Shown: positions 25,780 to 34,984 of the stretch, piece by piece
Numbering within the stretch: the stretch's first letter is position 1
Layout of the letters: each line of letters begins with the position of its first letter
Source of the DNA: an uncultured Candidatus Saccharibacteria bacterium
Lineage (GTDB): Bacteria; Patescibacteriota; Minisyncoccia; Phycocordibacterales; DATGWK01
DNA: 64,000 nucleotides
NCBI GenBank assembly: GCA_964492195.1
Contig: CAZBJL010000002.1
Location: 25,472 to 89,471 of the forward strand
Direction of reading: 5' to 3'
The notes under the pieces: model-generated
Seen by the model: only the letters and a program-made list of their open reading frames with translations
Told to the model about the DNA's origin: nothing
Databases searched by the model: none
Position numbers and translations under genes: made by a program

Positions 25780-27029
25780 CCAAATTGCTTTTCGAGTTCT
25801 TCGCGTGCAACTGTCGCATCACTCCACGGAGTTTTTTTGCCATGAGCTTCCATAATGTATGGGTCAGTACCTTTGCCGGAAATGAGGACAACGTCGCCAG
25901 CGTGTGCGAGCGAGATCGCTTTTGCAATTGCTTCACGACGATCCATGATTATTTCGCAGGGCTTTTTTGTAATCGCTACGCGCATTTCCTGGATGATTTT
26001 TTGTGGATCTTCGTCGTACGGATCCTCGTTGGTGAGAATGATGTGGTCACAATACGTGTCAGCAATTTTTGCCATTTCTGGACGTTTCCACGTGTCTCGG
26101 CCGCCGCCTGTATTGCCGAGCACACCAATCTTTTTTTGATTCGGAAAGGCTTTGTAGAGTTTTTCGAGTGAGTCTGCGGTGTGAGCATAGTCGACATACA
26201 CACCAAAATTTTGACCAACGTCAATTTTTTCAACACGTCCGTCGATACCCTTTATATTTTCAATTCCTCTTTTGATTACCTCGTTTGAAATTCCTAATGC
26301 TTTGGCGAGTGTTGCAGCAGCGAGCGCATTATATATATTGAAAACACCGATGAGTTTCGGTTCCATTTTTGTGTTATTGAAAGTGAAGAAACTATTTTTC
26401 TCGTCGGTGGCGTATGGCTCGGCATGTGTAAGAGAGTATAAAATTTTTGTAGGAACTTTGAGGTTGAGAAAGAGGGAAGCGTTCGGATCGTCACCGTTTA
26501 CCACCATTACTTTATTCGGTTTTTTAGATGATTCGATGAGTGTGCCGATCGAAACTTTTGCTTTTTTATAATTTTCATACGAACCATGAGACTCGATGTG
26601 TTCTGGTGAAAGGTTCGTAAATACAAATGCGTCGAGATCGATCCATTTGTGTCTGAATTGCCGCGCGCCTTCAGAAGTCATTTCAACAATTGCATGAGTG
26701 CATCCAGCTTTTTTTGCTTCAGAAAGAAAATGTTGAATGAAAAAGCGTCCCGGCATCGACATTTTGTAGAGATTTTTTTGTGAATTGTCACCGATTTTAA
26801 ATCGAATCGTATTCGACACAGCTGTTTTGTGACCGGCTGCTTCGAGAATGCTGTTGATGATTTCTGTCGTACTCGATTTTCCTTTTGTGCCTGTAACGCC
26901 GATCACATAAAGTTTGCGGGAAGGGAAGCCATACACGACTGCGCCGAGAAGAGCGATGCTGTAGTGGTACATTGGTTGGAAAAATCTAAATACTCGTCTA
27001 GGAATAATTTTTTTGAGAAATTCAGTCAT
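25773..27029 (-). CDS. murE: Mur ligase, MurE-like (UDP-MurNAc-tripeptide synthetase), N-terminally short
   Basis: P-loop GVTGTKGKSST, DYAHTADSLEKL, GNTGGGRD...ILTNEDP resembling MurE DNPR; 418 aa, lacks most of the N-terminal domain. Confidence 0.6.
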   Translation of the reverse strand: MTEFLKKIIPRRVFRFFQPMYHYSIALLGAVVYGFPSRKLYVIGVTGTKGKSSTTEIINSILEAAGHKTAVSNTIRFKIGDNSQKNLYKMSMPGRFFIQHFLSEAKKAGCTHAIVEMTSEGARQFRHKWIDLDAFVFTNLSPEHIESHGSYENYKKAKVSIGTLIESSKKPNKVMVVNGDDPNASLFLNLKVPTKILYSLTHAEPYATDEKNSFFTFNNTKMEPKLIGVFNIYNALAAATLAKALGISNEVIKRGIENIKGIDGRVEKIDVGQNFGVYVDYAHTADSLEKLYKAFPNQKKIGVLGNTGGGRDTWKRPEMAKIADTYCDHIILTNEDPYDEDPQKIIQEMRVAITKKPCEIIMDRREAIAKAISLAHAGDVVLISGKGTDPYIMEAHGKKTPWSDATVAREELEKQFGK

Positions 27030-27031
27030 TT

Positions 27032-27607
27032 TTATTTATTACTACCCAAAGATTTGAGCGCCTTTTTAACTTTGTCTCCAGCAGAAATATTTTCTCCAGA
27101 AAGTTTTTTGAGGGCTTCGCGAGCTTCGCGTTCAGAATATCCGAGCGATTTGAGTGCCTCGAGAGCGTCTGTCTCGCCACGGAGATCTTCTTGTTCGGTT
27201 TCGCCGTATACAGAAAGTTTTTCTTTGAGTTCGAGGATTATTTTTTCAGCGAGTTTGCGGCCGATACCAGAGACTTTGGTGAGGTAGGCGAGGTCGCCAG
27301 AAGACACTGCTCGGCGGAGTGTTTGTGGGCTTGCGACGTTTACGATACCGATTGCAGTTTTGGGCCCAATACCCGAAATATTTATCAAAAGTTCAAAAAG
27401 ACTTAATGAATCTTTGTCAGGAAAGCCATATAAATCAAGGGCATTTTCGCGTACGGCCAGGTGAGTCCAAAACGAGGCCGTGGCGCCTTCTGTGGCACTG
27501 TGGAGCGCTTCATCGGTGGTAAAAACCTTGTATCCAACGCCTCCAACGTCCAAAACACAGAATCTAAGGGCTTTATCGATAACCTTTCCGTGGAGGTGTG
27601 AAATCAT
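27032..27607 (-). CDS. ruvA: Holliday junction DNA helicase RuvA
   Basis: MISHLHGKV...VLDVGGVGYKV OB domain, two HhH (LINISGIGPKTAIGI, LTKVSGIGRKLAEKI), C-terminal domain III; start at internal M (ORF extends upstream without support). Confidence 0.85.
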   Translation of the reverse strand: MISHLHGKVIDKALRFCVLDVGGVGYKVFTTDEALHSATEGATASFWTHLAVRENALDLYGFPDKDSLSLFELLINISGIGPKTAIGIVNVASPQTLRRAVSSGDLAYLTKVSGIGRKLAEKIILELKEKLSVYGETEQEDLRGETDALEALKSLGYSEREAREALKKLSGENISAGDKVKKALKSLGSNK

Positions 27608-27668
27608 TGGGGAATCATAACAAAATTTGTCACTAACCGCGACATGTGTTAAAGTACCCGACACAAAT

Positions 27669-27947
27669 ATGCCGATCACAGAATCAGCCAAAAAAGCCTT
27701 AAGAAATTCTCGCCGAAAGCGAGGTTTTAACATGGCTCGAAAAACAGCACTTTCATCTTCTATTAAGAAATTTAGAAAGCTTGTTGTTGCAGGCAAAATC
27801 GAAGAAGCCAAGAAAATGGTTCCAGAAGTTGAACAAGCAATAGACAAGGCAGCAAAAACTAACCTCATTAAGGGAAACAATGCGAGCCGAAAGAAGGCCC
27901 GACTTGCTGCGTATCTCACGAAAAGCGCAAAAGCAAAAACTAAGTAA
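27669..27947 (+). CDS. rpsT: 30S ribosomal protein S20
   Basis: MPITESAKKALRNSRRKR...ASRKKARLAAYL basic helical protein matching S20; divergent from ruvA. Confidence 0.8.
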   Translation: MPITESAKKALRNSRRKRGFNMARKTALSSSIKKFRKLVVAGKIEEAKKMVPEVEQAIDKAAKTNLIKGNNASRKKARLAAYLTKSAKAKTK

Positions 27948-27954
27948 TAAAAAA

Positions 27955-27978
27955 CTCCCTAGTCAGGGAGTTTTTTTG
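27955..27978 (+). terminator. rho-independent terminator
   Basis: ctccctagtcagggag + ttttttt. Confidence 0.55.
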
Positions 27979-28002
27979 ATTCAAAAAGGAGAGTGAAAAA
28001 AT

Positions 28003-28169
28003 TAGCGTCCAATGAGATCGAGCATTTGTCCGGCCATGGTGACCCAGATGATGTGGGCTGCAGCTGCACCAACGATAAAGCCAGTTAATGAAGAGGCGAC
28101 AGTTCGGCCGATTTTCATCGGATACTCTCTCTGTTCTGTGGAAACGAAATCTCTAAAAATTTTTTTCAT
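28003..28169 (-). CDS. small hydrophobic protein (55 aa), hypothetical
   Basis: Hand-translated MKKIFRDFVSTEQREYPMKIGRTVASSLTGFIVGAAAAHIIWVTMAGQMLDLIGR; not in ORF track. Confidence 0.2.
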
Positions 28170-28226
28170 ATGTTATGTATAGCTGATAAATACTTTAGGT
28201 ATTATACATCATAACATTTAGCTACT

Positions 28227-28241
28227 ATATGCCCTCGGTAG
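28227..28241 (-). repeat. 14/15-nt copy of tRNA-Arg 3' end (atgccctcggtaggc)
   Basis: Matches atgccctcggcagga at the 3' end of tRNA-Arg 55 nt away; intervening segment holds two short palindromes. Confidence 0.4.
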
Positions 28242-28297
28242 GCCGCGAGTACGCGGTCGACCCTTACAGGGTCAGTACCCATGTCTCTCACAATCTA

Positions 28298-28369
28298 TGC
28301 CCTCGGCAGGAATCGAACCTGCATTTTGAGTTCCGCAAACTCATGTTCTATCCATTGAACTACGAGGAC
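28298..28369 (-). tRNA. tRNA-Arg (anticodon read as GCG)
   Basis: Hand-folded: acceptor GTCCTCG/CGAGGGC, D arm GTTCAATGGATAGAAC, perfect anticodon stem TGAGT/ACTCA with loop TTGCGGA, T arm CAGGTTCGATTCCTG; anticodon assignment not software-checked. Confidence 0.6.
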
Positions 28370-28429
28370 GATAAAAACTACACACGAATGAACTTCGACA
28401 ATGTACTACAAAAGACGCCCCTAATCCAA

Positions 28430-28891
28430 TCAAAAACCAAGATGTTCCATGATGAGCTCGAGAAGTGGCTCGCTTTGCTCGTATTCTGTTATTTTGGTTT
28501 TGAGGAATACACGAAGCTCTTCTTTCTCAATTTCTGAAAGACCGTCGACAGGAATAATGACGTGCGGCATGAAAAATCGCTTTGTTTTGATGAGAAGGCG
28601 AGGGTGTTCGTGGTGTTCGAGCCAAAAAGATTCAAGGTTTGCGTACGAAAAAAGATATTTGCTGATTTTAATTCCGGCGTCACTGATTTCAATATCGTTT
28701 TCGTCTGGCAAACGAGCGGCGTACATCAAAAGAGAGAAGGAGGCGAGGAGAATAAGGATCGCAAGGAGAATGTTGCCAAAAATTATCGCTGTGGCTGCTG
28801 ATGCAATCGTAATGATGCCGACAGTCCAGTACCAATCAGCACTTTTATGTCGATGATGATACTCGACAGCTTTAAAACGGAACGAAGTCAT
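28430..28891 (-). CDS. hypothetical membrane protein
   Basis: Two TM helices then soluble domain; start chosen at MTSFRF. Confidence 0.4.
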   Translation of the reverse strand: MTSFRFKAVEYHHRHKSADWYWTVGIITIASAATAIIFGNILLAILILLASFSLLMYAARLPDENDIEISDAGIKISKYLFSYANLESFWLEHHEHPRLLIKTKRFFMPHVIIPVDGLSEIEKEELRVFLKTKITEYEQSEPLLELIMEHLGF

Positions 28892-28954
28892 TCGTAAATT
28901 GTAGCACACGAGAAAAAAGCGAAAGATGTCTCACTAACACACCGTACGATTTAA

Positions 28955-29356
28955 TTATTTTGCGTTCTTGTCTGCCTGATGAATGCCAAATGTATTGCCT
29001 TCGGTGTCGAGGAAATATCCTTGCCACGCCATACCGACGAGAGCAAACTTCGGCATCGCAACGATACCGCCATTTTCCAAAATCTTTTTTGCTGTTTCGT
29101 CGTAATTATCAACCTGCATGGTGCAGACAAATGCATTCGTACCACATTCTTTTTCGGCGGTTTTTGCGGGACGTTGGAGCATACCGCCGTTAATTCCTAA
29201 TTCCTTGCTGTCTTTGTCTGCGGTCATAATCATCCAGTATTCTGTTCCTGGGTTTTCCCATTTTTGAAAATTCCAATCAAAGGCGTTCTTGTAGAAATTA
29301 ATCGCGCGTTCCGGGTTGTCTACTTGAATTTCAAAATGTACTGGTCTGTTGCTCAT
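28955..29356 (-). CDS. glyoxalase/VOC-family protein
   Basis: VHFEIQVDN...GGM...FGI beta-alpha-beta-beta-beta pattern typical of VOC fold; start at MSNRPVHF. Confidence 0.55.
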   Translation of the reverse strand: MSNRPVHFEIQVDNPERAINFYKNAFDWNFQKWENPGTEYWMIMTADKDSKELGINGGMLQRPAKTAEKECGTNAFVCTMQVDNYDETAKKILENGGIVAMPKFALVGMAWQGYFLDTEGNTFGIHQADKNAK

Positions 29357-29474
29357 GATTTTAAATTTAAGAATAATCTTGCCTGCATTATAGTCTACCT
29401 TCTGAAATAACATCAAATGTTTGAAAAAGCATAACGTTGTATTTTTTTATTTTAAATTTATCTATAATGAATAC

Positions 29475-29939
29475 ATGTCACTACAAACATTTGAAAGAGC
29501 ATTTGATATTCGACTCATTCATTTTTTCCGAAGAATTTTTATTCCTGTCGCTCGGTTTGCATTATTCGCGGTTTTTTTCTGGTTCGGACTTTTGAAAGTG
29601 CTTGGACTAAGCCCGGCAAGTGGGCTCGTCCAGCGTTTGTTTGAACAGACTATCCCATTTATGTCGTTCGGTACGTTTCTTATTTTGTTCGGGCTCTTTG
29701 AATGTATTATAGGCGTTCTGTTTCTTATACGAGGAGCGGAACGGATCGTCATTCCACTTCTTTTTGTTCATATGATCACAACGTTTGGTCCGCTCTTTTT
29801 ATTGCCTGAAGAAACGTGGTCTGGGTTTTTGGTACCAACACTCGAAGGTCAGTACATCATTAAAAATCTTGTGATTATTGCGACAGGAATAGGTATTGCT
29901 TCCCATATGCATCCGATGCATATCAGCACGAAAAGGTAA
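29475..29939 (+). CDS. hypothetical 4-TM membrane protein
   Basis: Four hydrophobic helices; start at MSLQTF. Confidence 0.4.
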   Translation: MSLQTFERAFDIRLIHFFRRIFIPVARFALFAVFFWFGLLKVLGLSPASGLVQRLFEQTIPFMSFGTFLILFGLFECIIGVLFLIRGAERIVIPLLFVHMITTFGPLFLLPEETWSGFLVPTLEGQYIIKNLVIIATGIGIASHMHPMHISTKR

Positions 29940-30000
29940 GTTCTTAATTTTTATAAAAGAAAAGGCCCGAACTTTTTGTTCGAGCCAATGTTGTGTGAGG

Positions 30001-30267
30001 TTATTCGCCCACGTAAGCAGCGGTGAGGCCGCTTTTGTCGCGAACAAAATCCTCAGCTTCTTTTTCGTGAAAGGTGGCCCAGCGTCTGACCGCCATATCA
30101 AATTCTCCTCGTTTTGTGCTGTCCTCCGTGAGCTCCATGCATTGTTCGGGTTTGAGGTTCGCGATTTTCTTGACACCTTCGACCAAGCTTGCTGGCCAGT
30201 GGGATGGGTTGGTTGCAAGCAAGTGGGGAATGAGCATTCCTTGTCGGTCTGTGTAATCACGAGGCAT
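30001..30267 (-). CDS. hypothetical small protein (GC-rich), downstream member of overlapping pair
   Basis: 88 aa, local GC above 50%, 11-nt overlap with upstream ORF. Confidence 0.4.
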   Translation of the reverse strand: MPRDYTDRQGMLIPHLLATNPSHWPASLVEGVKKIANLKPEQCMELTEDSTKRGEFDMAVRRWATFHEKEAEDFVRDKSGLTAAYVGE

Positions 30268-30508
30268 TGGTAACTCCTTCTGTGGTTTTCAGGTGTGCGG
30301 CGGCTTTTTCGACCACCGTGCGAGTGATCCGGGGATTTTCTATGGCCGTATTGCCATACGCAAAACTCTGCCGTTGTTCTTCCATCTCGGTCGGGGTCAT
30401 TACGTGCCCTCGAGCCTTTGCAACAAGCATGTCTAATCTGGTCTCCACAACTACCTCCTTTTTAAAAGATTCCATATTCAATAGTAAAGATTTGTGAAAA
30501 AATGACAA
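30257..30508 (-). CDS. hypothetical small protein, upstream member of overlapping pair
   Basis: 83 aa; may start at internal MESFKKE. Confidence 0.35.
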   Translation of the reverse strand: MSFFHKSLLLNMESFKKEVVVETRLDMLVAKARGHVMTPTEMEEQRQSFAYGNTAIENPRITRTVVEKAAAHLKTTEGVTNAS

Positions 30509-30612
30509 GAAAATACCGACCTTGTCGGTATTTTTATGTTAACAGGGGATTGTTGATGTTGTTAAAACTTATTATCTGAATAATGCAAAGGCGGAAACTG
30601 TGGTACGGGAAA

Positions 30613-30987
30613 TTATCCCTGAACCAAAACTTTAAAACCACCATATGCCATCTTTTTCATATCAAAGGGCATTTCCATCTTCTTGCTGTCTGCATCCTGT
30701 GTTTTCATATTTTTCATTACTTTTGCGTTTACTTGATCTCGATGAGCGCGAGACTTGAACGTAATGAAAGAAAAGAATACGACCTCATTTTTCTTCGCTT
30801 TCGTTAATTGGGGAAAGGGAAGCGCCCACTTGGCACTCATATCGTCGGCGATACATTCTTTGTAGTCTAATGCACCATATTCTTTCCACATGCGAGCGCC
30901 CTCAAGGGCCATTTTTTTATACACTGCGAGTTTGCTTTTCGGAACTACGAGTACAAAACCATCTACGTATTTTTCTTGTGTAGTCAT
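30613..30987 (-). CDS. DUF1428-family protein
   Basis: KYVDGFVLVVPKSKLAVYKKMA...WKEYGALDYKECIADD resembles the DUF1428 consensus. Confidence 0.55.
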   Translation of the reverse strand: MTTQEKYVDGFVLVVPKSKLAVYKKMALEGARMWKEYGALDYKECIADDMSAKWALPFPQLTKAKKNEVVFFSFITFKSRAHRDQVNAKVMKNMKTQDADSKKMEMPFDMKKMAYGGFKVLVQG

Positions 30988-31077
30988 GTGTGTATCTGAT
31001 TAGTAATGATTAATTATACCCATTGCCAGAATTAAAATAGCCCGGAAAACCGGCTATTTTAAATTGGCGGAGGACCG

Positions 31078-32373
31078 TTGAGGCCGTTAGAACTCATTGG
31101 TATACTTCCTAGCATGTTCACATATCTTATTTTTGAAATATTGTCAGGGGTTTTTGGAGTCATTGCCCTTATTGTCTTAGTTATCCATTTAATAAAAAAA
31201 CCTGCAATTCGCGATATTGTAAAAAAACCCGGCATTTACGTCCCTTTCGTTTTGTTCGTGATCGCTCTTTTCACCGGCCTTATCTCCAACCGCACATACG
31301 CACCAGATTTTGCCATGCCGGCGTTCATGCACTCTCATGCTCCTGGCGGTTTACCACCGTCGATTCCTTTTTCTAAAATTTTTGATTTCTTTCAGCACGG
31401 AAAAGATTTTGCGAGGGTCGCTGATATTGGCGCCGATCCAAACGCCGTTCCGAGTGAACCGCAACAGTCAGACGTCGATGGAATTGTGAGAATAAAATTA
31501 CGAGCGCAAGAAGTGATTTCAGAAATTGCCCCAGGAATATATTTTAATTATTGGACGTACAACAATCAGGTTCCAGGACCGATGCTTCGGGTACGTGAGG
31601 GTGACACTGTTGAGGTCGAACTCACCAATGACTCAACAAGCCTGCATGATCATAATATTGACCTGCATGCGGTTACTGGTCCCGGTGGGGGCGCAACCCT
31701 TACTCACGTCGCGCCGGGGGAAACCAAGACTTTCCGGTTTAAGGCGCTCAATCCTGGTTTGTACATTTATCACTGTGCAATGCCAAACGTCAGCACCCAC
31801 AATTCACATGGGCAGTATGGGCTAATCATGGTGGATCCGTTGGATCCAACTTTAGCGCTGTCTCCGGTCGATAAAGAGTTTTATGTTTCCCAGGGTGAGC
31901 TTTATACCGAAGGTCAGCTCGGCAAAAAAGGACTTGTGCCCTTCGATAGCAATGCTTTGCTTGCGGGTGTGCCAAACTACGTCGTGTTTAATGGAAAGGT
32001 CGAAGGTGTGCCAAGAATGCAGGCAAAAGTAGGGGATAAGATAAGAATGTATGTCGGCAACGGCGGGGTGAATTTAATTTCTTCATTTCACGTCATCGGA
32101 GAAATTTTTGACACGGTGTATCCAAATGCAAGTATCGGCGGAGCGCTTGAGCACAATACTCAGGCGACAGGTGTGCTTCCTGGCGGGGCTGCTATTGTTG
32201 AGTTCACCACAGACGTGCCAGGTAAGTATTTGTTGGTTGACCACGCGCTTGCGAGAATGAACAAGGGCGCCTGGGCGGTGCTCGAGGTGTCTGGTCCGGA
32301 AAATCCAGAGATTTTTAGTCAGGTGAACGGCGGGTCTAAAGACGCCCACGTCGGAAGTATGGAGGCGAACTAG
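31078..32373 (+). CDS. copper-containing nitrite reductase-like two-domain cupredoxin (NirK-like), membrane anchored
   Basis: Two N-terminal TM helices; type-2 Cu motif HNIDLHAVTGPGGGA (cf. NirK HN.DFHAATGalGGG); type-1 site YIYHCAMPNVSTH; GC about 50%. Confidence 0.6.
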   Translation: MRPLELIGILPSMFTYLIFEILSGVFGVIALIVLVIHLIKKPAIRDIVKKPGIYVPFVLFVIALFTGLISNRTYAPDFAMPAFMHSHAPGGLPPSIPFSKIFDFFQHGKDFARVADIGADPNAVPSEPQQSDVDGIVRIKLRAQEVISEIAPGIYFNYWTYNNQVPGPMLRVREGDTVEVELTNDSTSLHDHNIDLHAVTGPGGGATLTHVAPGETKTFRFKALNPGLYIYHCAMPNVSTHNSHGQYGLIMVDPLDPTLALSPVDKEFYVSQGELYTEGQLGKKGLVPFDSNALLAGVPNYVVFNGKVEGVPRMQAKVGDKIRMYVGNGGVNLISSFHVIGEIFDTVYPNASIGGALEHNTQATGVLPGGAAIVEFTTDVPGKYLLVDHALARMNKGAWAVLEVSGPENPEIFSQVNGGSKDAHVGSMEAN

Positions 32374-32376
32374 TTA

Positions 32377-32405
32377 TAAAAAGAGCGACCGTCGTCGCTC
32401 TTTTA
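32377..32405 (+). terminator. rho-independent terminator after nirK-like gene
   Basis: aaaaagagcgaccgtcgtcgctcttttaaa. Confidence 0.5.
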
Positions 32406-32582
32406 AATGTGCGGGAGTGGTTAGATGCGTTTAGAACTGTTAATTGGAAGGAAATAAGGCATGAACTCCAGTTTAGTGGAATTTTGGGTTTTATACCATT
32501 ACTCCCAGATGTCGCAGTCTAATTTTCCGAAGCAGGGACTTTTCTTTTATTCTAGAAGTTAAATCCAAAAAAATGTAAGCTG

Positions 32583-33320
32583 TTGCCTATGCTAGCTTTT
32601 ATCGACGAAACCGGAGACCACAACTTAACTGTAATTGATACACAGTATCCTATATTTGGACTCGGAGTCCTTCTGATTTCTGAAAATGAATATTTGAAAA
32701 TGGATGCTGAAGTAAATTCTCTCAAAAAAAAGTTTTTTGCAGACGACGGAACCTTTATTCTGCATTCATCAGAGCTCAAGCGACCAGTTGATAAAAGGTC
32801 AGATGAACGGAACCTTTGTATGTTAAAGCCAGAAACTCGTACCTTGTTCTATAACGAGTTTGATGAACGAATCATAAAATCCTTAGATTTCAAAATTGTC
32901 ACCTGTTTTATTTTGAAAAAAAGAATGGTTGATAGATACGTGTATCCGGTAGACCCGTACTATCTTTCGTATGAAAACTTGCTTAACAGAATTATAAGAC
33001 ACGGTGGTCAAATGAACACGATGTATGTAGAAAAAAGGGGGCCTGAGCTTGATACTGAGTTGTTGTCGGAACACGAAAGATTAACAAAAACAGGCATCCA
33101 CTCTTTCTCAGCCGAGTCTGTATCTACCAAAACCAGTCTTAACCTGGTGAGTAAAAATAAAAACATGAACGGATTACAGGTTATCGACCTCGTCCTTTCT
33201 TCTTTAACTCGCGCTGGGTTGGGGAAAAAAGACAAAATGATTGGCAATGACCTTAATCCTGAATTTCTTAAAATAAAATACGCTTGCCCTGCGACAGTTT
33301 TCCCCAAAAAACGCATGTGA
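32583..33320 (+). CDS. DUF3800-family protein
   Basis: N-terminal LAFIDETGDHN (DUF3800 ..iDESG.. signature) and HSSELKR (cf. E.HAsE motif); 245 aa. Confidence 0.5.
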   Translation: MPMLAFIDETGDHNLTVIDTQYPIFGLGVLLISENEYLKMDAEVNSLKKKFFADDGTFILHSSELKRPVDKRSDERNLCMLKPETRTLFYNEFDERIIKSLDFKIVTCFILKKRMVDRYVYPVDPYYLSYENLLNRIIRHGGQMNTMYVEKRGPELDTELLSEHERLTKTGIHSFSAESVSTKTSLNLVSKNKNMNGLQVIDLVLSSLTRAGLGKKDKMIGNDLNPEFLKIKYACPATVFPKKRM

Positions 33321-33533
33321 TTTAGTACAAAAGCAAAGGGACCCCCCGCTAGGCAGTGAGTCCCTTATGCGCTCTCAGTCTACTCTATTTAGGGTCATTT
33401 TTCAACAAAAAAGACATTTCGAAACTGGGTATCAAAGCTTAGAAAATAAGTACCATTTCAAGTCTATTTTAAGCCATTTTCTACTGAGTTATTGCGAAGG
33501 AGGTTTTATTCTCACTGTAAACTAATGTAAGGT

Positions 33534-34733
33534 GTGGGAGAAAATATGACCGAGCGCAATAAACGAAAACAGGACTATTTACCGGAGGCAGATTTGTACA
33601 TACTCTGGCTTTTGTGCGATGCGAATAAAATGTTCAGAAAATCAAGAATAGTTTTCGGCGACCTCACAGCTCTTGGCTCAAGCGAAATGCTTTCGGTCGT
33701 TATCACCAAGAATCTTTCTCGTGCCTTCGGCTTTGAACTTAAAGATTTTGAACTCGTGCGAGGTAAGTACGCTTTCGATGGTTTTTGTGCTGACAAATAT
33801 GAGAAAAATAAAGAATTTTGCGAAAAGCATCCCGACAGCACAATGGCAAAAGCGTTAGCCAAAATACATGAAGGCGATTTTGATTTTGAAGATGTGGAGA
33901 AGGCGAATTTTCGTCTGAATGGATACTTGGAGTTCATTGAATTTTCTCCTCAGATTTCAAAAAAATCTAAAAAAACAATTTTGGACTTCATGTCGCGTTA
34001 CCTTACTGACTATGTGAACGACGGGCTCAGGCCAGAGAAAGAAAATTTCTACGAGTTCAACAAACAACTCCTTTTTACATACGGATTACTGAAGAAATAC
34101 ATCGACCAGTACGGGAATAGTTTTGTTTTTGAAATAGCCCAACTCACGGTGAAACCGAACGAGTTTCCCGAGCAAAAAGAAAGCCCTTACCTGCCGGTTC
34201 ACAACCTGCTTGCCCTGGAAGCAATGAAGTTTATCGAGATAGACCAGGTTTGGATTTCTGATTGGGAAGTGAATCCTGAAGAAGAGCGGGGTACTTACAA
34301 GGTACGAGTGAAAATAAATCAGGCAATGATTGATTTCTTTGGCGATTTTGACCCAAAAATCACTTACGATTTTGGTGAAAAAACGAAAGACGACTCTGCT
34401 GTAAAAACTGATGATGCTGATGCGAAACTAGAATTTGACGGTGTCACTAGAACGCTGTTTTTTGCCAACACGTCAATTCTTATCTCGAAGCAGTCAGAGA
34501 GTGACCCGTGCAAGCTAATGAAAACTCTTTTCAAGGATAAAAATAAGGTTTGGGCTAATGATGAAATATTGGAAGACTGGGGCTACTCTTTTGACGATGA
34601 AACATCGAAAAACAAGGTCTATCAGGCAGGCAAGGCCGTCAACCGGATTGTGGCTCAGGATACGAAAATAAAAGATTTCCTTGATGTTAGTACAAAATCA
34701 GTATCGATAAACAAAAAATATTTGAAGACCTAA
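33534..34733 (+). CDS. hypothetical protein (399 aa)
   Basis: SD-like aaggaggt upstream; acidic, no recognised motif; followed by hairpin + T7. Confidence 0.4.
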   Translation: MGENMTERNKRKQDYLPEADLYILWLLCDANKMFRKSRIVFGDLTALGSSEMLSVVITKNLSRAFGFELKDFELVRGKYAFDGFCADKYEKNKEFCEKHPDSTMAKALAKIHEGDFDFEDVEKANFRLNGYLEFIEFSPQISKKSKKTILDFMSRYLTDYVNDGLRPEKENFYEFNKQLLFTYGLLKKYIDQYGNSFVFEIAQLTVKPNEFPEQKESPYLPVHNLLALEAMKFIEIDQVWISDWEVNPEEERGTYKVRVKINQAMIDFFGDFDPKITYDFGEKTKDDSAVKTDDADAKLEFDGVTRTLFFANTSILISKQSESDPCKLMKTLFKDKNKVWANDEILEDWGYSFDDETSKNKVYQAGKAVNRIVAQDTKIKDFLDVSTKSVSINKKYLKT

Positions 34734-34769
34734 AAAGTTTACAAACTTTTGTAAACGAGCATACGAATA

Positions 34770-34798
34770 ACCTGAGGGCACACCCTAACAGGTTTTTT
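34770..34798 (+). terminator. rho-independent terminator
   Basis: cctgagggcacaccctaacagg + ttttttt. Confidence 0.45.
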
Positions 34799-34984
34799 TA
34801 TGTCCGACGAAAATATTATCAACGAAGAATCAAAACCGGACTGGTCGTTAAAAGAACTTGGCGAAACAGAGCGAAATAATTTACTCGGTTTTTTCGCTCT
34901 GGGTTTTAAGGTCGATAGAAGGGTAAATCCACATTTGTACAAAAAAACAGATGAGCGCTACGGAAGCTTAGAGTAAAAATAGCC

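Noticed and set aside
27608-27919. 104-aa N-terminal extension of ruvA ORF
   Set aside because: Canonical RuvA starts at MISHLHGKV; the extension would overlap divergent rpsT and has no homology.
28229-28537. 102-aa ORF on plus strand
   Set aside because: Overlaps tRNA-Arg on the opposite strand and the tRNA 3'-end repeat; no SD; spurious.
34800-34976. 58-aa ORF between the 399-aa and 371-aa genes
   Set aside because: ATG directly abuts the terminator T-run with no ribosome-binding site; likely non-coding spacer, though a leaderless peptide cannot be excluded.
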